NCBI GenBank assembly: GCA_030587475.2
Contig: JAUQYZ020000111.1
Coordinates: 1-41,101 of the forward strand
Direction of reading: 5' to 3'
DNA: 41,101 nt
Source: Candidatus Sigynarchaeum calidifontis
Lineage (GTDB): Archaea > Asgardarchaeota > Lokiarchaeia > Sigyniarchaeales > Sigyniarchaeaceae
Shown here: positions 37,902 through 41,101 of the stretch, piece by piece
How positions within the stretch are numbered: position 1 is the stretch's first letter
Layout: each line of letters opens with the position of its first letter
Made by a program: the position numbers and the translations under genes
The notes under the pieces: generated by a model
Database searches by the model: none
The model's input: only the letters and a program-made list of their open reading frames with translations
Told to the model about the DNA's origin: nothing

Positions 37902-39173
37902 ATGCCATACGGACTCATCATTCTCAGTTATCGGATCGACCTTGACGCCGAGGAGATCGAGCCGAAGTTCGTCGTCGAGTCGAAAGAAAACATGGAGGAG
38001 GACATCGACGTCGAAAAGATGTTCTCGCTCGACGACCGGTTCCGCGTGTACTACGCACACACGGCGGGTGAATCGGGGGTGACAGGCGGTACGGGCGCGG
38101 GATACTACACGGGGCGCCTTCGGGACTCCCGGTGCTCGATCATCTCGTATTATTCGGGGTTAGCGAAGGATTCCAAGAAGCCAGAATACTTGATCTGCGC
38201 ACTCATCCAACCGGACGAGTCATTCGACATCTTCAAGGACATCATGGAGGAATACCGGAACGAAGCCATCCGGCTGCTCGATAAACTCGGTGACAACGAT
38301 GACAAGCTCGTCGGCACGAAACTCTGGAAAGAAGTGCACGACAAGCTCGATTCAACGCTGAAATACGTGCTGTTCCAGATGAGCAGGCTCGTGAACCTCA
38401 ACAACGAGCAGAAAATCGCCATGATCTTCAACTCGCTCGAACGCATCGCCATCTTGCGAAAGCTGGCGCAGGGGCCGATCGCCAAGGAGAAGCTGCGGGA
38501 ATTTATGGAGCAAACGGCGCTCACGCTGTACCCGAACATGGAATTGCTGCTCAAGCCATTCGTCGCGTGCGACCTGATTCGCCAGGACTGGTCGAAGGGC
38601 GAGAAAGACGCCAAGACAGGGCGCATCAAGGGGCGAGGCGAGTACATCTATCTCGTGAAGGATATTTCGCTCATCCGGGTGCCGCCCGAGGAGATGCTCA
38701 AGAAGGTCAAGGAGAAAAAACCGCCATTCGACGACAAGGAGTTCACGAAGGCGTACTTGTCGGCGATTCAAGAATTCTTCTACAAGTACAACCCGCTGGA
38801 CGACCTGGATTATAAAGATAGCGGGGACCTCGCCAAGATTCTCCTGGATCCCGACACCTACGACTTCTTGGTCTTGCTGCGATTCCGATCTTATCCAAAG
38901 AAGAAAGTACCTAAAGTCGGCTACGGCGAGACTAACATCATCCTTAAGAAGCTCGTCGACTTGAACATCGTCACGGTCATCAAGGACAAGAAGGACGAGG
39001 ACTGGGTGCTGCTTTTGAGCGATCCCCATGCTTTCATGCTCTTCCCTGAATATTTACTGGAGAATATCCGCCAGCGCCTCGACCCGCAGGCCGTCGACCC
39101 GATTCTCAAGCAGGTCGCCCTCCAGCACCTCAACTACCTCGAAGGCACGTACTACGAGAAGCGCGAATTCTAA
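37902..39173 (+). CDS. Conserved-looking 423-aa protein with a putative longin/uDENN-like N-terminus and tandem winged-helix-like C-terminus
   Basis: Strong core-gene codon bias; beta-beta-helix-beta-beta-helix N-terminus (SIISYY...YLICALIQPDE..DIFKDIM); two wHTH-like segments (ERIAILRKLAQGPIAKEKL...; ILKKLVDLNIVTVI); intact TTTTTATAT box at ~37810. Confidence 0.75.
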   Translation: MPYGLIILSYRIDLDAEEIEPKFVVESKENMEEDIDVEKMFSLDDRFRVYYAHTAGESGVTGGTGAGYYTGRLRDSRCSIISYYSGLAKDSKKPEYLICALIQPDESFDIFKDIMEEYRNEAIRLLDKLGDNDDKLVGTKLWKEVHDKLDSTLKYVLFQMSRLVNLNNEQKIAMIFNSLERIAILRKLAQGPIAKEKLREFMEQTALTLYPNMELLLKPFVACDLIRQDWSKGEKDAKTGRIKGRGEYIYLVKDISLIRVPPEEMLKKVKEKKPPFDDKEFTKAYLSAIQEFFYKYNPLDDLDYKDSGDLAKILLDPDTYDFLVLLRFRSYPKKKVPKVGYGETNIILKKLVDLNIVTVIKDKKDEDWVLLLSDPHAFMLFPEYLLENIRQRLDPQAVDPILKQVALQHLNYLEGTYYEKREF

Positions 39174-39265
39174 ACCCTTCTCCCGATTCTTTCTATCTTC
39201 TCCATTTTTCACGATCCGGCACGCACGTCCAGTATCGCCTCGTCGCCGCGCCCGGCAGCACGGTC

Positions 39266-40099
39266 TTGGGCCACCCGGATTATGACGTGAAGGATCGCAT
39301 TTCAGCAAATTACGACGTCGAGTACCGCATCAGCCGCCCCGCCACGCCCGAACCGGCCGTCCCCGCTGGCCAGCCCATCCCTGCGAACCTCATCGAGCGC
39401 CAGGGCACGTGCTTCTACCGCTTCCACCGCGATGCCTTGAGCCATGCCGACGCCATGAAAGTCATCGATAATTTCATCGATAACATCATCGTTCATCCCG
39501 GCGCGCAGGTGCAGGCCCCATCACCCCCGAGTTCTGCCTCTTCAATTCACGAGCTTGACAATCTCCGACTCGGAACCGACAAGTACAGCGTCCTGAAATA
39601 CATCGCCAAGTTGGCCAAGTTGGGATTCGCCGTGACGAGCAGTGAAGTGAGCCTCAAGTTCGGGAGGACGTCCGTGTACACGACCCCCCTCCTCGAAAAT
39701 CTGATGAGAATTTTCGGCGTCGTCCAGCAGACGCGAGCGCAGCTGGTGAAATTCCCGGTCAGCACCAGGGCAAAGACGACCGGGGAAGGCCTTTTCTGGA
39801 CGCTCGCATCGATCAACGGCGCACCCATCACGAGGGCGCAATTCGACTCGATGATCGCCCAGCACAACGCGTTGCGGCAGGCGTGCCTGGATCTCGCCCA
39901 GAAACTGGACGTCATCACGCGCTTGGGCCAAATGCTCGGCGAGATCGAGTGGGCGGTAAAACACCCGAAAGCGGGTCGGCCGGCCACGATCAGGAGCATG
40001 ATCCTCAAGCTTAAAGCACAATTCGCGCAATCCATGTTCGATTACTTGATGACGGTCCGGCCCGACTGGTTGAACCCGAACCCCACGTGGCATCCATGA
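39266..40099 (+). CDS. Hypothetical protein with a possible winged-HTH; start uncertain
   Basis: 277-aa ORF; KYSVLKYI....VTSSEVSLKFGRTSVYTTPLLENL...GVV is wHTH-like. Confidence 0.6.
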   Translation: MGHPDYDVKDRISANYDVEYRISRPATPEPAVPAGQPIPANLIERQGTCFYRFHRDALSHADAMKVIDNFIDNIIVHPGAQVQAPSPPSSASSIHELDNLRLGTDKYSVLKYIAKLAKLGFAVTSSEVSLKFGRTSVYTTPLLENLMRIFGVVQQTRAQLVKFPVSTRAKTTGEGLFWTLASINGAPITRAQFDSMIAQHNALRQACLDLAQKLDVITRLGQMLGEIEWAVKHPKAGRPATIRSMILKLKAQFAQSMFDYLMTVRPDWLNPNPTWHP

Positions 40100-40251
40100 C
40101 AAGTCGGGATGGTCGAAAATCCCACGGAATTTCAATTTTTTTCTTGATATTTCTTGGAACATGCCCGTTACACGAGTTAACCACCGTCATGCCAGAAAAG
40201 TATATATGCTTGAACTTCCACCAAGTAACAAGAAGAATCGAGGCGAACCCG

Positions 40252-41101
40252 ATGGATCTGAAACCTATCTACTTTAAGAATAACGAATTTCCCATCAAGC
40301 AATCGGGTCGGTACCAATCCCTCTCCATCATCAACCAAGATATCGACCGCATCTCCGACATCGAAGGCCTCGACGAGCTCACGGGGCTCACCTCTCTCAA
40401 TCTCAGCACGAACAACATCAAGCGCATCGAAGGGCTTGAAAAACTCGTGAATCTCGAAGTCCTCAACCTTTCCGAAAACCAGATAACCAAGATCGAGGGC
40501 CTCGACTCGCTCGTTAATCTCAGACGATTAACTTTATACCGTAATAATCTCCGTCGCATCGAGGGCCTGATCAATAACAAAAATCTTGATTACCTCTTTT
40601 TAAACCGCAACCAGATCGAACGGATCGAGGGGCTAGACGGGTTGAGCAATCTCAAAGAGATTTTCTTATCGGGAAACCGGATCAGGGAGATTTCTGGCCT
40701 GGAAAGCCTGAAGAGGCTCGAAACGTTGCAGCTGCATGGTAACTTCATACGCAACATTGGCGGGCTCGATTCCCTTCACGGCTTGCGCAAGCTCGACCTC
40801 GGAGAGAACGTGATCGAAAGTATCAATGGACTTGAGAACTTGAAAAACCTGGTCGAGCTTCAACTGAACACGAATCGCATCCGTCGCATCGAGGGATTGG
40901 ATGCATTGGTGAACTTGGAATCCTTGTGGCTGTCCCGGAACTTCATCCAAGAGATCCGCGGGCTTGGCAATCTCGCCAAGCTCAAAGATCTCACCCTCGG
41001 AGACAATCCTCTACCCGAGGATCTAGTGAAGCACCTTGGCGGATTCTGCGCTGACCCTATGGCCAGAACCAACGTGGCCGACCCGCAAGCCTTCGACCGC
41101 T
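40252..41101 (+). CDS. SDS22-type leucine-rich repeat protein (truncated at the window edge; absent from the ORF track)
   Basis: Manual translation from ATG 40252: MDLKPIYF...IEGLDELTGLTSLNLSTNNIKRIEGLEKLVNLEVLNLSENQITKIEGL..., about 10 regular 22-aa LRRs ending LGDNPL; no stop before 41101. Confidence 0.92.
   Translation, partial: MDLKPIYFKNNEFPIKQSGRYQSLSIINQDIDRISDIEGLDELTGLTSLNLSTNNIKRIEGLEKLVNLEVLNLSENQITKIEGLDSLVNLRRLTLYRNNLRRIEGLINNKNLDYLFLNRNQIERIEGLDGLSNLKEIFLSGNRIREISGLESLKRLETLQLHGNFIRNIGGLDSLHGLRKLDLGENVIESINGLENLKNLVELQLNTNRIRRIEGLDALVNLESLWLSRNFIQEIRGLGNLAKLKDLTLGDNPLPEDLVKHLGGFCADPMARTNVADPQAFDR

Noticed and set aside
1357-40162. Numerous long antisense and alternate-frame ORFs (e.g. 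7088-8161, 27811-28761, 21916-22863, 37260-38060)
   Set aside because: They are shadows of GC-rich, codon-biased real genes. The shared peptide RLDLLGVKVDPITEN in 36678-36863 and 37260-38060 simply reflects the DNA repeat.

Overview
This is an archaeal chromosomal segment, most likely from an Asgard archaeon (Lokiarchaeia-like). That placement is inferred from archaeal-type TFS, Rpo6/RpoK, uS10, HerA and RecJ/GAN found together with eukaryote-like modules: a Ras/Rab-fold protein, an SDS22-type LRR protein, a HEAT/coiled-coil giant protein, a longin-like/wHTH protein and a 7TM protein. Most of the window is scattered housekeeping and metabolic genes (herA, DHH nuclease, GH38 mannosidase, tfs, purE, purD, tyrA, rpsJ, gcvH, a GlpA-like three-gene oxidoreductase operon, an MrpD-like subunit). 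Three things stand out. (1) A 33.5-37.9 kb toxin-antitoxin/nuclease island (MNT-HEPN, PIN+UPF0175, Uma2, antitoxin+PIN). Its ~1 kb cassettes are separated by progressively decayed copies of the promoter and 5' end of the downstream core gene at 37902. This looks like a polar, integrase-free cassette-accretion array. (2) An in-frame fusion of a LarA-family nickel-pincer racemase to RNA polymerase subunit Rpo6/RpoK, directly upstream of tfs. (3) A helical-repeat gene frameshifted by an exact 26-bp hairpin-containing tandem duplication. I saw no rRNA, tRNA, CRISPR array, integrase or transposase. All family calls come from motif recognition by eye, not database searches.
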